From: Desulfobacterales bacterium
GTDB lineage: Bacteria > Desulfobacterota > Desulfobacteria > Desulfobacterales > JAFDCJ01
Assembly: GCA_049669725.1 (NCBI GenBank)
Contig: JBATKU010000672.1
Coordinates: forward strand, 9,286 to 73,285
Reading direction: 5' to 3'
DNA: 64,000 bases
Shown: positions 46,803-56,330 of the stretch, in pieces
Layout: each line of letters starts with the position of its first letter
How positions within the stretch are numbered: the first letter of the stretch is position 1
The notes under the pieces: model-generated
What the model was told of the DNA's origin: nothing
Seen by the model: the letters and a program-made list of their open reading frames with translations, nothing else
Database searches by the model: none
Translations under genes and position numbers: made by a program

Positions 46803-48485
46803 CTATTGAACAAGTTCAATCGCCTTGGGGATCGCAAATGGCATCTTTGAATCATGAATAAAACGATCTCCCTGCTGCTGAAATCGGGGAGCTAAGCTTT
46901 GAAAAAAATCCAAACACGGCTTATTTTTGGATGTTCGAATATAGCGGGCGGACACATCTTTTACCCCCGATTCCCGCACATGATTTATTGCGATGGCAAG
47001 CATGGCTTCTTCTATTTTTCGTCCCATCACCCGACAGCTCAAAATAAAATCCACAATTTGAGCGTTCTGGTCCTGAATTTCCAGGCTGACGATACCGGTT
47101 AAACCGGCATCACCAAATTTATCAGAAACTCGCAAGGTCCAAAGCATGTGGTTTTTGGCTTCGGCCCAGGCCATGAGTTCTGCCTCCGACATACGTCGGG
47201 TTGATAGGTTCATTTGATTGGTTTTGTTCAGCAGTTGCGCCGCTCTTTGCAGATTTGCAGGATGAAGTTCTTCAACCCGGACGCGAATACATAGGCGGGT
47301 TAACCATTCCTCCAGTGAACCGACTGTTTTTTTCATTGCCTGGCGTTTGTTTTCTGAAAGATACAGGGTGGTTCTGACAAGATCTTCCTGGCTCAGCGAG
47401 GGCATCTCAAAACACCGTAAGCTGAGAAGGGCCGACGGATAAAACAGCGGATCTTTCGGCCAATCAGGTACAAGCAATTCAGGCAGACTCTCGTTAATCC
47501 TCGCCCGTTCAGCGCGATTATCGTCTATGAACACGGCAGACTGGGGCCCAAGATTCAATTCGGCCATCAGGTCAACGACATTTTGGGCTTTATCCTGCCA
47601 ATTAATTCGCCATCCCGCAAAATCTTCCAGCTTGAGCACCATTTCAGGATTTTTTCTGATCGCTTCCAACGCGATCGGCTCCTCATTTTTACTCGCTATT
47701 GCCAGAAGAATTCCTCGGTTCTTCATAGATTTCAGTGCTTGTTGAAAGTCTACGTAGGCTTCCCCGAGGTGATGATGCCCTCCCAATACAAGATTCTCCC
47801 AGCCGACATCGCCGACAATGCCTCCCCATAAGGTATCATCCAGATCGAGGATGATGAGTTTGCGGGCAAACCCGAGCAAACCGCTGAACGCCGCTTTGAC
47901 ATCCCGGACGGCAGCCTTGAAGACCTCATTGCCAAATACGATTTTGCCCAGATACCATAGTTTAGGACTGAAAGCGTGGTTCCCTGTCTGCTCAATCCAT
48001 TTGTGCGTATTGAGAACATAGATATTGGACGCCTTTTCCAGATTTTCGGCCAGCCGCAAATTCATCCGCATAAGGGTGTTCGTCAGGCCGATCTCGGTCT
48101 TCATGTCAAGCACTCCGAAGACGCTTCGATATGAGGGAAGCACCCAGGATGGCACGAATGCGTACTTCACCCATTCACTCATGGCTACCAACAAAGAGGA
48201 ATATTCATCGACCTGTTGCAGCACCTTCGGCAGCCGAACCTGCTCATACCTGAGGAGGGCATTAAAATCAGGGATAACGGCCTGGGGTTGGGTCCAGATC
48301 ACGGCGACGTCCGGCGTATTTTGCCAGCACGGTGCGTCTTGGTGTAACAAGGTTGATACAGGCTGTCCAATCGGGGCGGTAATCGCATGAATGTGGGGAA
48401 ATTCCGCATCATTGGCGAGGTAACCGGAGAAATTTTGCAGATTAAAATCTGAGACAAGTACGCAGGTATGTTGTTGCTTATCCAT
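46803..48485 (-). CDS. HAD-IIIC family phosphatase, FkbH-like
   Basis: LIILDLDDTLWGG (HAD motif I), ..IASKN.. and ..VFIDDN.., followed by a C-terminal GNAT-like region. 560 aa, the typical FkbH-like size. Confidence 0.75.
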   Translation of the reverse strand: MDKQQHTCVLVSDFNLQNFSGYLANDAEFPHIHAITAPIGQPVSTLLHQDAPCWQNTPDVAVIWTQPQAVIPDFNALLRYEQVRLPKVLQQVDEYSSLLVAMSEWVKYAFVPSWVLPSYRSVFGVLDMKTEIGLTNTLMRMNLRLAENLEKASNIYVLNTHKWIEQTGNHAFSPKLWYLGKIVFGNEVFKAAVRDVKAAFSGLLGFARKLIILDLDDTLWGGIVGDVGWENLVLGGHHHLGEAYVDFQQALKSMKNRGILLAIASKNEEPIALEAIRKNPEMVLKLEDFAGWRINWQDKAQNVVDLMAELNLGPQSAVFIDDNRAERARINESLPELLVPDWPKDPLFYPSALLSLRCFEMPSLSQEDLVRTTLYLSENKRQAMKKTVGSLEEWLTRLCIRVRVEELHPANLQRAAQLLNKTNQMNLSTRRMSEAELMAWAEAKNHMLWTLRVSDKFGDAGLTGIVSLEIQDQNAQIVDFILSCRVMGRKIEEAMLAIAINHVRESGVKDVSARYIRTSKNKPCLDFFQSLAPRFQQQGDRFIHDSKMPFAIPKAIELVQ

Positions 48486-48843
48486 CGCGTTTTTCGTTTA
48501 GCAGCCGTTGGAGGTATTCTGCAAGGGTACCGAGGGTGCTGAAGACCGCTTTAACCTGGGACATGGTGCGGTCATCGGTTAACAGGATGGGCCTGCCAAG
48601 CTCTTCGGCTGTCTTTTGTTCTGTCAGGACAATTAAATTAATCAATCCGGCTGAATCTAATCTTCCGGAATCACCTGTTAAAGGTGCCGCCAGGTTTTTC
48701 TCCAGGTGTTCTTCGGCCGGCCGAAGCTCGTTTAGTTCGTCAATGACGTTAAACAGCATTCGGGTAATTTCTTCGCGCTTTGCCAAATGTCTTCTCCGAA
48801 ATTCAGAAGAGTTAATAAAAAGCGAGATCTCCGTCTCCGCCAT
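48478..48843 (-). CDS. Acyl/peptidyl carrier protein
   Basis: ..GRLDSAGLINLIVLTE.. contains the phosphopantetheine Ser motif DSxxxxxL. A start at ATG 48759 would give a 93-aa ACP with Ser at a canonical position. Confidence 0.65.
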   Translation of the reverse strand: MAETEISLFINSSEFRRRHLAKREEITRMLFNVIDELNELRPAEEHLEKNLAAPLTGDSGRLDSAGLINLIVLTEQKTAEELGRPILLTDDRTMSQVKAVFSTLGTLAEYLQRLLNEKRDG

Positions 48844-49918
48844 GTAAGCGATAGTTTGTCAAGGACACATCTGCCGATGCTTTTGATAAAGAAAATCCCC
48901 TTGAAATCCCTTTGGCAGACCAATAGGGACAGCCAAGCTCCGGAAAACTTGCCACTAACTGCTGATCATAGAGGCTAAGAGCACTCACATCCATCGCCAG
49001 CGCTTGATAGGCCACGGCGGCGGCAATGGACAGGGTATGTTGGCTCTCAAAATAAGCATACAAAAGGCTCATGCGATCATCGCGCACTTTCAGCATGAAA
49101 AATCCTACCATTTGGTTATCCTGCGCAAACACCTTGACACCAAGATAGAAAAATCTGTTGGCGCGTGACGAAAAATAGTATCTTTTGCCGGAAGAATCCT
49201 TTAACGGTGCCGATAATATCCAGGGGTACGTCATGATCCAATTAAAATCGGCCTTTTCTTTTCGGGTCAAATCAAACTGGTAATGTCGTTGGATAAATTG
49301 GCCTGTCTCCTCATCTATGGAAGAAATATACTCAAAGGTTAGACCCTGACAGATATCGTTGCGCCGCTTCCAGAAAAAATTTCTGAGATTCACGATTTCA
49401 TCCATCATGTCATCGAAGATTTTAAACACTACCTGGAATATTTTCAACGCTGGGCGTTTCCGAAGGATGGCGCCGGTCACATTCAGCCGAAACTTGATAT
49501 CCAGTCCTTTCAAGGTTTGTAAGGCCATAAACTTTTGAGATGCATCAAGCACCTTCCTGGCTTCCTTTGAGCCTCCCGAAACGCCAAGCTTTTGCTGATA
49601 GGCGTTTAGGGCTTTAAAAAGAAGAATGGCGCCAACTCCCATGGTAGCAGAGGATGGATCAACCCACCAGCTGGTCAACCAGCCAATTTTGTACACTGCA
49701 TCGTTGACAAAGATTTTATCGGGAAGAATTCCAAGATAGCCGATCACCTGACTATCCTGATACGCAACCAACAAGACAGGATCATCATTATCTGCCCGGG
49801 GATTCTGAATGAATGATATCGCTCTGTGTTTTGTTATCGGCAGGGTTTTTGTATGCCAAAATTCCGCTGAAAACAGTGCTGTCTTTAAATCGGCGACAGT
49901 AAACGCTTTAATTTCCAT
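48812..49918 (-). CDS. Hypothetical protein, probably a tandem GNAT-fold acyltransferase
   Basis: 368 aa. ..VIGYLGILP......IGWLTSWWVDP..... is GNAT-like by eye only. The operon context is with the ACP and FkbH-like genes. Confidence 0.4.
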   Translation of the reverse strand: MEIKAFTVADLKTALFSAEFWHTKTLPITKHRAISFIQNPRADNDDPVLLVAYQDSQVIGYLGILPDKIFVNDAVYKIGWLTSWWVDPSSATMGVGAILLFKALNAYQQKLGVSGGSKEARKVLDASQKFMALQTLKGLDIKFRLNVTGAILRKRPALKIFQVVFKIFDDMMDEIVNLRNFFWKRRNDICQGLTFEYISSIDEETGQFIQRHYQFDLTRKEKADFNWIMTYPWILSAPLKDSSGKRYYFSSRANRFFYLGVKVFAQDNQMVGFFMLKVRDDRMSLLYAYFESQHTLSIAAAVAYQALAMDVSALSLYDQQLVASFPELGCPYWSAKGISRGFSLSKASADVSLTNYRLHGGDGDLAFY

Positions 49919-50319
49919 CGCGTCTCTTATGTCTTTTAAGTTTACCTGATAAATTAAGATATTAGCCCGTATTCATAAGTGCCGAGTATAGCGCAAAAGA
50001 ATTGTGTGTCAACCTGGAACTCTATAGTTTGTCTTATTGAAGCACAAAAGAGGCAAGCAATATATTTTAGATTTCGACTTGATACCCATAACAATTCAGG
50101 ATTGTGTATAGAGCACGAAACATAAAAATTTAGGCAAGCCAAAATTTGTTACCTTACCTTATGCATTATGTATTCAGGATCCTCGAGCACGTAAGTTGCA
50201 CCGAGTATGGCTAAGTTGACCAACTCTTGAAATACCAATTGATTCCCTGTTGTGTATCATGTATCCAGTATGAAATCACAGGTTACCTTTTTTCAAAACG
50301 ATATGGTATAGTCCTGACG

Positions 50320-50886
50320 ATGCTGCAACAAGACTTACATATTCATACCACATTCTCGACAAGTGACAACTCGGTCGTACCCGAGCAAACTGTTTCCCTC
50401 GTCGCTGCTGTTAGGCATGCTATCATCGTTGGCATCAGCGACCATTTTGAATGTCTGGTGAACGGGAGTTTTGAAGGTTACGAAAAAGAAATTCGTCAAG
50501 TCGGATTGAAAGTTGGCGTCGAGGTGGACGGACACCCTTGGGTCGATGATGCAACAAATTATGATGTCGACTATTATATTTTTCACTGCCGGGATCAGAA
50601 TGCTGACTATTGCTCTATTGACAAATTGCTCACGACCGGAAAGCCTGTCATTATTGCTCATCCCAACTCTTTGCACACAAACCTGAACCAGGTGCCCTCT
50701 GAATGCTTGATTGAAATCAATAACCGGTACATCTGGCGTAGTGACTGGAAGCAGTACTATGGCCCATTCACAAATCAATTCAAGTTCGTCATCGGTTCGG
50801 ACGCTCATCAGCCGAACTGGCTATCTCAAGCTGTCGCCCACTACGCTGCTGCGCAGCTTGGCATAGAGGAACATCTGGTTTTCTAA
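50320..50886 (+). CDS. PHP-domain metal-dependent phosphoesterase
   Basis: MLQQDLHIHTTFS (HxH), ..ISDH.., ..IIAHP.., ..GSDAH... Confidence 0.7.
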   Translation: MLQQDLHIHTTFSTSDNSVVPEQTVSLVAAVRHAIIVGISDHFECLVNGSFEGYEKEIRQVGLKVGVEVDGHPWVDDATNYDVDYYIFHCRDQNADYCSIDKLLTTGKPVIIAHPNSLHTNLNQVPSECLIEINNRYIWRSDWKQYYGPFTNQFKFVIGSDAHQPNWLSQAVAHYAAAQLGIEEHLVF

Positions 50887-50988
50887 AATCGCCCGAATCA
50901 AAGCTTTCATAAGTAAAGATAGCCCGCTGATGCACTCATATGTTAATGGCTCTGCCTTTTTATTTGTATATCAACATCTATTCGCAAC

Positions 50989-51020
50989 TGAGCCTCAATT
51001 ACCGATATCTCTATAGTATC
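50989..51020 (+). repeat. Left copy of an imperfect direct repeat flanking the ICMT-like gene
   Basis: TGAGCCTCAATTACCGATATCTCTATAGTATC, compared with 51745-51777 TGAGCCTAAATTACAGATATCCTGCTATGCTAC. Confidence 0.5.
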
Positions 51021-51181
51021 GGCAAAAAATCGGCACTCTCAAAAGCACTGATACTGTAAACGTCTATGCAGAATTGACCGCCCTTCAAAATCTGTGATAT
51101 CAGATTACGATATCTGTAATTTTGCAAGGGTTGGGGTTACATCTTAACAAATGTTGCGAGAAAAGTCAGAGGTTCGATGAG

Positions 51182-51712
51182 ATGAAGTCTAAAATAGCTG
51201 AAACTCTGATAGCTTCACTCGGAACACTATTCTTCCTATTTTTGATAATTCCTTTCTTTTTGATCTGGATACCACGTAGAATCCTCTTATCGCCTGAACA
51301 TATTTACCGTTTTGACATAGGTGTATATCAGTATTTCGGTCTGGCTCCTATTGTTCTCGGTGTTGCAATATACATTTTGTGTTCTGGTAGTTTTGTATTT
51401 ATTGGCAAAGGTACGCCAATACCTTTTACGCCAACTAAAGAGTTAATAGTGACTGGATTATACAGATTTGTTAGAAATCCATTGTACATTGCTGGCGTTC
51501 TTGTTTTGGCAGGAGAAACAATTCTATTTCAATCTGTAGGCATATTTATTTATTGCTTGGTAATGTTTGGGGTTTTCAATGTCCATGTTCTCATGGAGGA
51601 AACGTTATTAGCAGAAAAATTTGGTGCGAGATACGAACAATATTGCAAGTCTGTTCCTCGCTGGATTCCAAGATTAAACCTCTATAGGAAAAAAGATATA
51701 GAGTCCAAATAA
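51182..51712 (+). CDS. Isoprenylcysteine carboxyl methyltransferase (ICMT)/phospholipid methyltransferase-family membrane protein
   Basis: ..LIVTGLYRFVRNPLYIAGVLVLAGE.. signature in a multi-pass membrane protein. Codon usage is AT-rich. Confidence 0.75.
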   Translation: MKSKIAETLIASLGTLFFLFLIIPFFLIWIPRRILLSPEHIYRFDIGVYQYFGLAPIVLGVAIYILCSGSFVFIGKGTPIPFTPTKELIVTGLYRFVRNPLYIAGVLVLAGETILFQSVGIFIYCLVMFGVFNVHVLMEETLLAEKFGARYEQYCKSVPRWIPRLNLYRKKDIESK

Positions 51713-51744
51713 ATAAATCTGCGAAGTCTCCAACTTATTTCAGG

Positions 51745-51777
51745 TGAGCCTAAATTACAGATATCCTGCTATGCTAC
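51745..51777 (+). repeat. Right copy of the direct repeat flanking the ICMT-like gene
   Basis: See 50989-51020. By hand the two copies agree at the TGAGCCT, AATTAC and GATATC blocks and in part of the tail. Confidence 0.5.
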
Positions 51778-52091
51778 CCCTGTTTCAAGTATTTTCCCTT
51801 ATTCAACGACCAAATCATGCAATTTATCATAAACTGAAGAATATTTGGTTTTTAACCAACTTTACACTTTTAAGATTTTTGCTATCCCCTGAGTAATCAA
51901 CTTTTGCTAATTCTTTTTTTCTCCTAAGAGTGTCCCTATAAATCCAGGTTTTAATCTCTCCTTCCTGAAAACATTCGACTTTCATTACAAATTATTCTTA
52001 AGAGTTAATATAGAAATACCGATAAAGAATATGGGCTTAAAATCTTTGAAAATATCCATTGTCCATTATTTCTTAATCAAAAATTATTCAT

Positions 52092-52193
52092 ATGGAAACC
52101 GAGCTAACCAGCGTAAGCCAAAATATTAAGCGTGTTCGGGAGTTGATCAACCAAGTTGCAGGACCATGCTTAAACACTGTGATAGTGTATTAA
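52092..52193 (+). pseudogene. Possible remnant of a sigma-54 enhancer-binding-protein AAA+ domain start
   Basis: My translation METELTSVSQNIKRVRELINQVAGPCLNTVIVY* resembles ..S..m..v..li..vA..d.tVLI.GE... The Walker A motif is missing. Confidence 0.3.
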
Positions 52194-52331
52194 CGGAGTG
52201 CCACTTATTCGCATATTATCATAAGCTTTTAGCCTTATACATCTCCGCCTTGGTCAAGAGGACGAGTCCCAGACTGAAAACAAAAAGGCTCAACAGATTT
52301 ACCACTACTTATTGAAATACAGGTAATTATC

Positions 52332-54830
52332 ATGTCTATAAAACTTGCCTATGAAAAACTGGAACAACCAATCCAAAATTTGGAGCAAGCAGAACTAGAA
52401 AACACAGCTGCGGGAGAGCAAAAAAAATACAGAAGCATCATTGAACGAATTGAAGATGGTTATTATGAAGTTGACCTTGCCGGCAACTTTACTTTTTTTA
52501 ATGAATCGATGCTCAAAATTCTTGGATATTCCAGGGATGAATTAACAGGCATGAATAATAGACGGTATATGGACGAGAAAAATTCCAAGAAAGTCTTCAA
52601 TGCCTTCAATCGGGTCTATAAAACGAGGGAATCCTACAAGGCATTTGATTGGGAATTGATACGAAAGGATGGGTCCAGGTGCTATGTTGAGACCTCAGTG
52701 GTTATTATTGAGGATTCAAAAGGTCAGCCAATAGGTTTTCAGGGTATTGCGCGCGACATCACTGAACGCAAGCGCGCAGAGCAAAGGTTGGCAGATGAAT
52801 CGAATTTCCAGCGGGTGCTCGGAGAAATCGCAAATGAGTTTATTAATATCCCTTCTGCGACAATTGATGAGGGAATAAACCGAGCTTTGAAGACGGCCGG
52901 ACAATTCGCGAGAGCAGACCGAAGCTATGTCATCAGATTTGATTTCGAAGCAGGCACAATAAGAAATACGCATGAATGGTGCAGGACTGACATTGAACCA
53001 CAAATTGACAACCTGCAGGACGTGCCGATTGAAATGTTTAGCTGGGTTATCGACAAATTGATCAACCTTCAAGTTGTAAATATTCCGCATGTGGCTGAAT
53101 TGCCTCCGGAAGCCAAAGAGGCAAAGGATGAGTTCGAGGCAGAGGGCATCCAATCAGTGCTATTGGTACCGCTGATCTCAGAGGCCAGGTGTTTCGGAAC
53201 TGTGGGATTCGACTTCGTTAAGCAAGCGGAGTTTTGTACTGAGAGCAAAATAAGACTTTTGAAAATGTCGGGCGCGACACTATCCAACGCCCTCGCCCGC
53301 AAGCGGGCCGAGGAAGCATTGCGGCAAAGCAAGGAACGTTACAAAACTCTCACCAATAATCTTCATGTAGGAATTTATCGCAACACACCTGGATCTCAAG
53401 GCAAGTTTATAGAGGCTAATCCAGCAATAGTGGAAATGTTTGGTTATCAAAGTAGAGATAAATTTATAGCCGTAAATGTTGCCAATTTATATCAAAATCC
53501 TGAGGACAGGAATAAATTTACGGAGGAAATTTCAAAATATGGGTCTGTCAATAAGTATGAGGTGAAACTTAAGAAAATAGATGGAACCCCTTTTGTTGGT
53601 TCAGTATCAGCTGTATCTGTAAAAGACGCAAATGGCAAAATAAAATACTATGACGGAATTATAGAAAACACTACTGGGAAACGAGAACTTGAACTGCAGC
53701 TTCAGCAAGCCCAAAAAATGGAAGCAATTGGAACCCTTGCTGGAGGTATCGCACATGATTTCAACAACATCCTTTCAGCTATTATAGGCTACACTGAACT
53801 GTCCTTAAACGATATTGAAAAAGAGTCTACTCTCTACCAAAATTTGCAGGAAGTATTCCGGGCCGGTGGACGGGCCAAAGATTTGGTTAAACAGATACTC
53901 ACTTTCAGTCGGCAAACTGCGCAGGAGCTCAAACCGGTTCAGGTAAAACTCATTTGTAAAGAAGCGATTAAATTTTTGCGGGCATCACTACCTACGACCA
54001 TTGAAATAAACCAGGAAATCGAAAATGATTCGCTGGTAATGGCGGACCCGACACAAATTCATCAGGTTTTGATGAACCTTTGTACCAATGCGGGACATGC
54101 CATGGGGGAAAAAGGGGGTGTGTTGGAGGTAAAAATAGCAGATGTTCAACTTGAGGCAGATTTTATGGCTCAGCACAAGGAGCTGAAACCCGGACCATAT
54201 CTCGAATTATCAGTAAGCGATACTGGTTATGGCATACCAGCACATTTACTGGATCGGATCTTTGACCCGTTTTTTACAACAAAAGAAAAAAGTGAAGGAA
54301 CCGGTATGGGGCTATCGGTGGTCCATGGCATTGTCGGTAGCTATGGAGGTAAGATAATAGTTACCAGCGAACCGGGTAAAGGCACAACTTTTAAAATCTA
54401 CCTTCCAACAGTGGAAAGGGACGAGGCACCACAGCCGATAGCAGAAGAATCTATTGCCGGCGGGACCGAACGGATTCTTTTTGTAGATGATGAACCTGCC
54501 CTTGTAAAAATCGGAAAACAAATGCTTGAATCTCTGGGTTATAAAGTTACCGGCAGAACTAGTAGCGTAGAGGCTTTAGAACTTTTTAAGGCCAAAGCGG
54601 ACAGCTTTGATCTGGTAATCACCGATATGACCATGCCGAACATGACGGGTGATGAATTGGCAAGAGAACTAATACATATAAAACCTGAGATCCCGGTTAT
54701 ACTTTGCACAGGTTATAGCGCTCGGATTAATCAACAACAGGCAGCTGCCATGGGCATTCGAGCATTTGTATCAAAACCAGTGCCAAGAATGGATATTGCC
54801 AAGACCATTCGAAATATTATAGACGATTAA
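52332..54830 (+). CDS. Hybrid sensor histidine kinase/response regulator (PAS-GAF-PAS-HisKA-HATPase-REC)
   Basis: H-box GIAHDFNNILSAI, N/G boxes (..NLCTNAGHAM.., ..DTGYGIP.., GTGMGLS), and REC with ..ILFVDDE.. and ..DLVITDMTMP... Confidence 0.9.
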   Translation: MSIKLAYEKLEQPIQNLEQAELENTAAGEQKKYRSIIERIEDGYYEVDLAGNFTFFNESMLKILGYSRDELTGMNNRRYMDEKNSKKVFNAFNRVYKTRESYKAFDWELIRKDGSRCYVETSVVIIEDSKGQPIGFQGIARDITERKRAEQRLADESNFQRVLGEIANEFINIPSATIDEGINRALKTAGQFARADRSYVIRFDFEAGTIRNTHEWCRTDIEPQIDNLQDVPIEMFSWVIDKLINLQVVNIPHVAELPPEAKEAKDEFEAEGIQSVLLVPLISEARCFGTVGFDFVKQAEFCTESKIRLLKMSGATLSNALARKRAEEALRQSKERYKTLTNNLHVGIYRNTPGSQGKFIEANPAIVEMFGYQSRDKFIAVNVANLYQNPEDRNKFTEEISKYGSVNKYEVKLKKIDGTPFVGSVSAVSVKDANGKIKYYDGIIENTTGKRELELQLQQAQKMEAIGTLAGGIAHDFNNILSAIIGYTELSLNDIEKESTLYQNLQEVFRAGGRAKDLVKQILTFSRQTAQELKPVQVKLICKEAIKFLRASLPTTIEINQEIENDSLVMADPTQIHQVLMNLCTNAGHAMGEKGGVLEVKIADVQLEADFMAQHKELKPGPYLELSVSDTGYGIPAHLLDRIFDPFFTTKEKSEGTGMGLSVVHGIVGSYGGKIIVTSEPGKGTTFKIYLPTVERDEAPQPIAEESIAGGTERILFVDDEPALVKIGKQMLESLGYKVTGRTSSVEALELFKAKADSFDLVITDMTMPNMTGDELARELIHIKPEIPVILCTGYSARINQQQAAAMGIRAFVSKPVPRMDIAKTIRNIIDD

Positions 54831-54973
54831 ACAGATATTCATTCATAAAGCCGAAATTTTATTAGTTTGGCCAATCTAACTAACACCAAAATCTGAATCC
54901 CTCCAAATTCCACCATCGGGTATGACACCCTTTTAGACAAGCCGAAGTTGGTTACATTAGATATTGAATGGAA

Positions 54974-56230
54974 TTATAAAACTGTGGTTTGACGGAGCAA
55001 TTCATGAAACGGCAGAAAGAAAAGAGCTGTCTTGTTTATTTTAAGGGTTTTGCTCAAATCGAGATTGATGATATACGCTTGTTCCGGGTTGTATTTGGCA
55101 ATGAAGCTGCGTAAAGATGCCGGCACTTTATCCTGTTTAAGATGCTTATATTTAACCTCCACCGGAATGAGCCTTTTGCCGGCTTCGATCACAAAATCCA
55201 CCTCGGCTTTATCCTTTGTTCGCCAGTAATTCAACTTGGCTGCTTTGAATCTTAACTTTTGTCTTAGAAGCAAAAAGACAAGGTTTTCAAAAACGAATCC
55301 CTTTTCAAACGGGCTTTCAAGGTGCCCAAAAAGCCCCAGGGAATAATTTCTGAGGCCTAAATCCCAAAAATAGGGCACAGGTGATTTGCTGATTTCTTTT
55401 CTTACATTGCGCGCATAGGGTGCGATGAGTTCTACTAAAAATATCTTTTGAGCATACCACAGGTAGTTTTTAACAGTTGCGAAAGATACATTTAAAGTCG
55501 ATGACAGTTCAGTGTAATTCATCAACTGGCCGATCTGGCCGGCAAGTACCTTGATAAGAGCGCTGAAGACATCTGGTTTATCCAGTTTTAAAAGGTAGGC
55601 GATATCCTTTTCCAGGATACTGCGGTAAATTTCGTCGATGAGGCGAAGTTTTTCACGTTGTTCGGTTGCCATGACAATTCTGGGGTATCCACCGAACTGC
55701 ATGTATTCGGACAACAACTGATGTGCCCTGTCTGTTTCAATTGCCATAAAATCGGCAAGGTTTTCTTCATAGCGATAATCCGTCCGATGGTTGATAAATT
55801 CTCCGAGGGTTACGGTGGACAACTCAAACAGTCTTTTGCGGCCAACCAGCGATTCATGGATTTTTTGTTTTAGTTCCAGACTGCCGGAGCCGGAAATGAT
55901 GAACTTATAAGGCAATTTAAGATCAAAAAGGCCTTTTAAAAACAGGCCGGAATCATCTTTGCGCTGAATTTCATCAATAAAAACATAACCGCGCTGTCGG
56001 CCCAGTTCCAACTCGATTTTTTTGATGAGGGCTGCCTGAGATTCAAAATGAGGTCTGTCCCACTCGATGTCGAGGTTTAAAAAAAGTGTCCGCTCGCCGC
56101 GATTATCCAGATGTTGCTTCAGCATCTCCATCAGGGTCGTTTTGCCGGCCTGCCTTGGGCCGATAATTAGGCTCATCTCCTTTTGCGGAAGATGATCAAC
56201 CAGTTCTGAAAACAACTTTCGTTTAATCAT
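54974..56230 (-). CDS. AAA-family ATPase with a DUF4143-like C-terminal domain
   Basis: Walker A GPRQAGKTTL and Walker B ..YVFIDEIQ... The C-terminal ..EVDFVIE....IPVEVKY.. is PD-(D/E)xK-like. Confidence 0.8.
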   Translation of the reverse strand: MIKRKLFSELVDHLPQKEMSLIIGPRQAGKTTLMEMLKQHLDNRGERTLFLNLDIEWDRPHFESQAALIKKIELELGRQRGYVFIDEIQRKDDSGLFLKGLFDLKLPYKFIISGSGSLELKQKIHESLVGRKRLFELSTVTLGEFINHRTDYRYEENLADFMAIETDRAHQLLSEYMQFGGYPRIVMATEQREKLRLIDEIYRSILEKDIAYLLKLDKPDVFSALIKVLAGQIGQLMNYTELSSTLNVSFATVKNYLWYAQKIFLVELIAPYARNVRKEISKSPVPYFWDLGLRNYSLGLFGHLESPFEKGFVFENLVFLLLRQKLRFKAAKLNYWRTKDKAEVDFVIEAGKRLIPVEVKYKHLKQDKVPASLRSFIAKYNPEQAYIINLDLSKTLKINKTALFFLPFHELLRQTTVL

Positions 56231-56330
56231 TATTTAATAATAACCCGATATTTTATAAAGTCAATATAATTATATATCGTTTATTTTTGCCATGAACGTC
56301 AACTGGAAATTTTAGGGAATAAACCGAATA

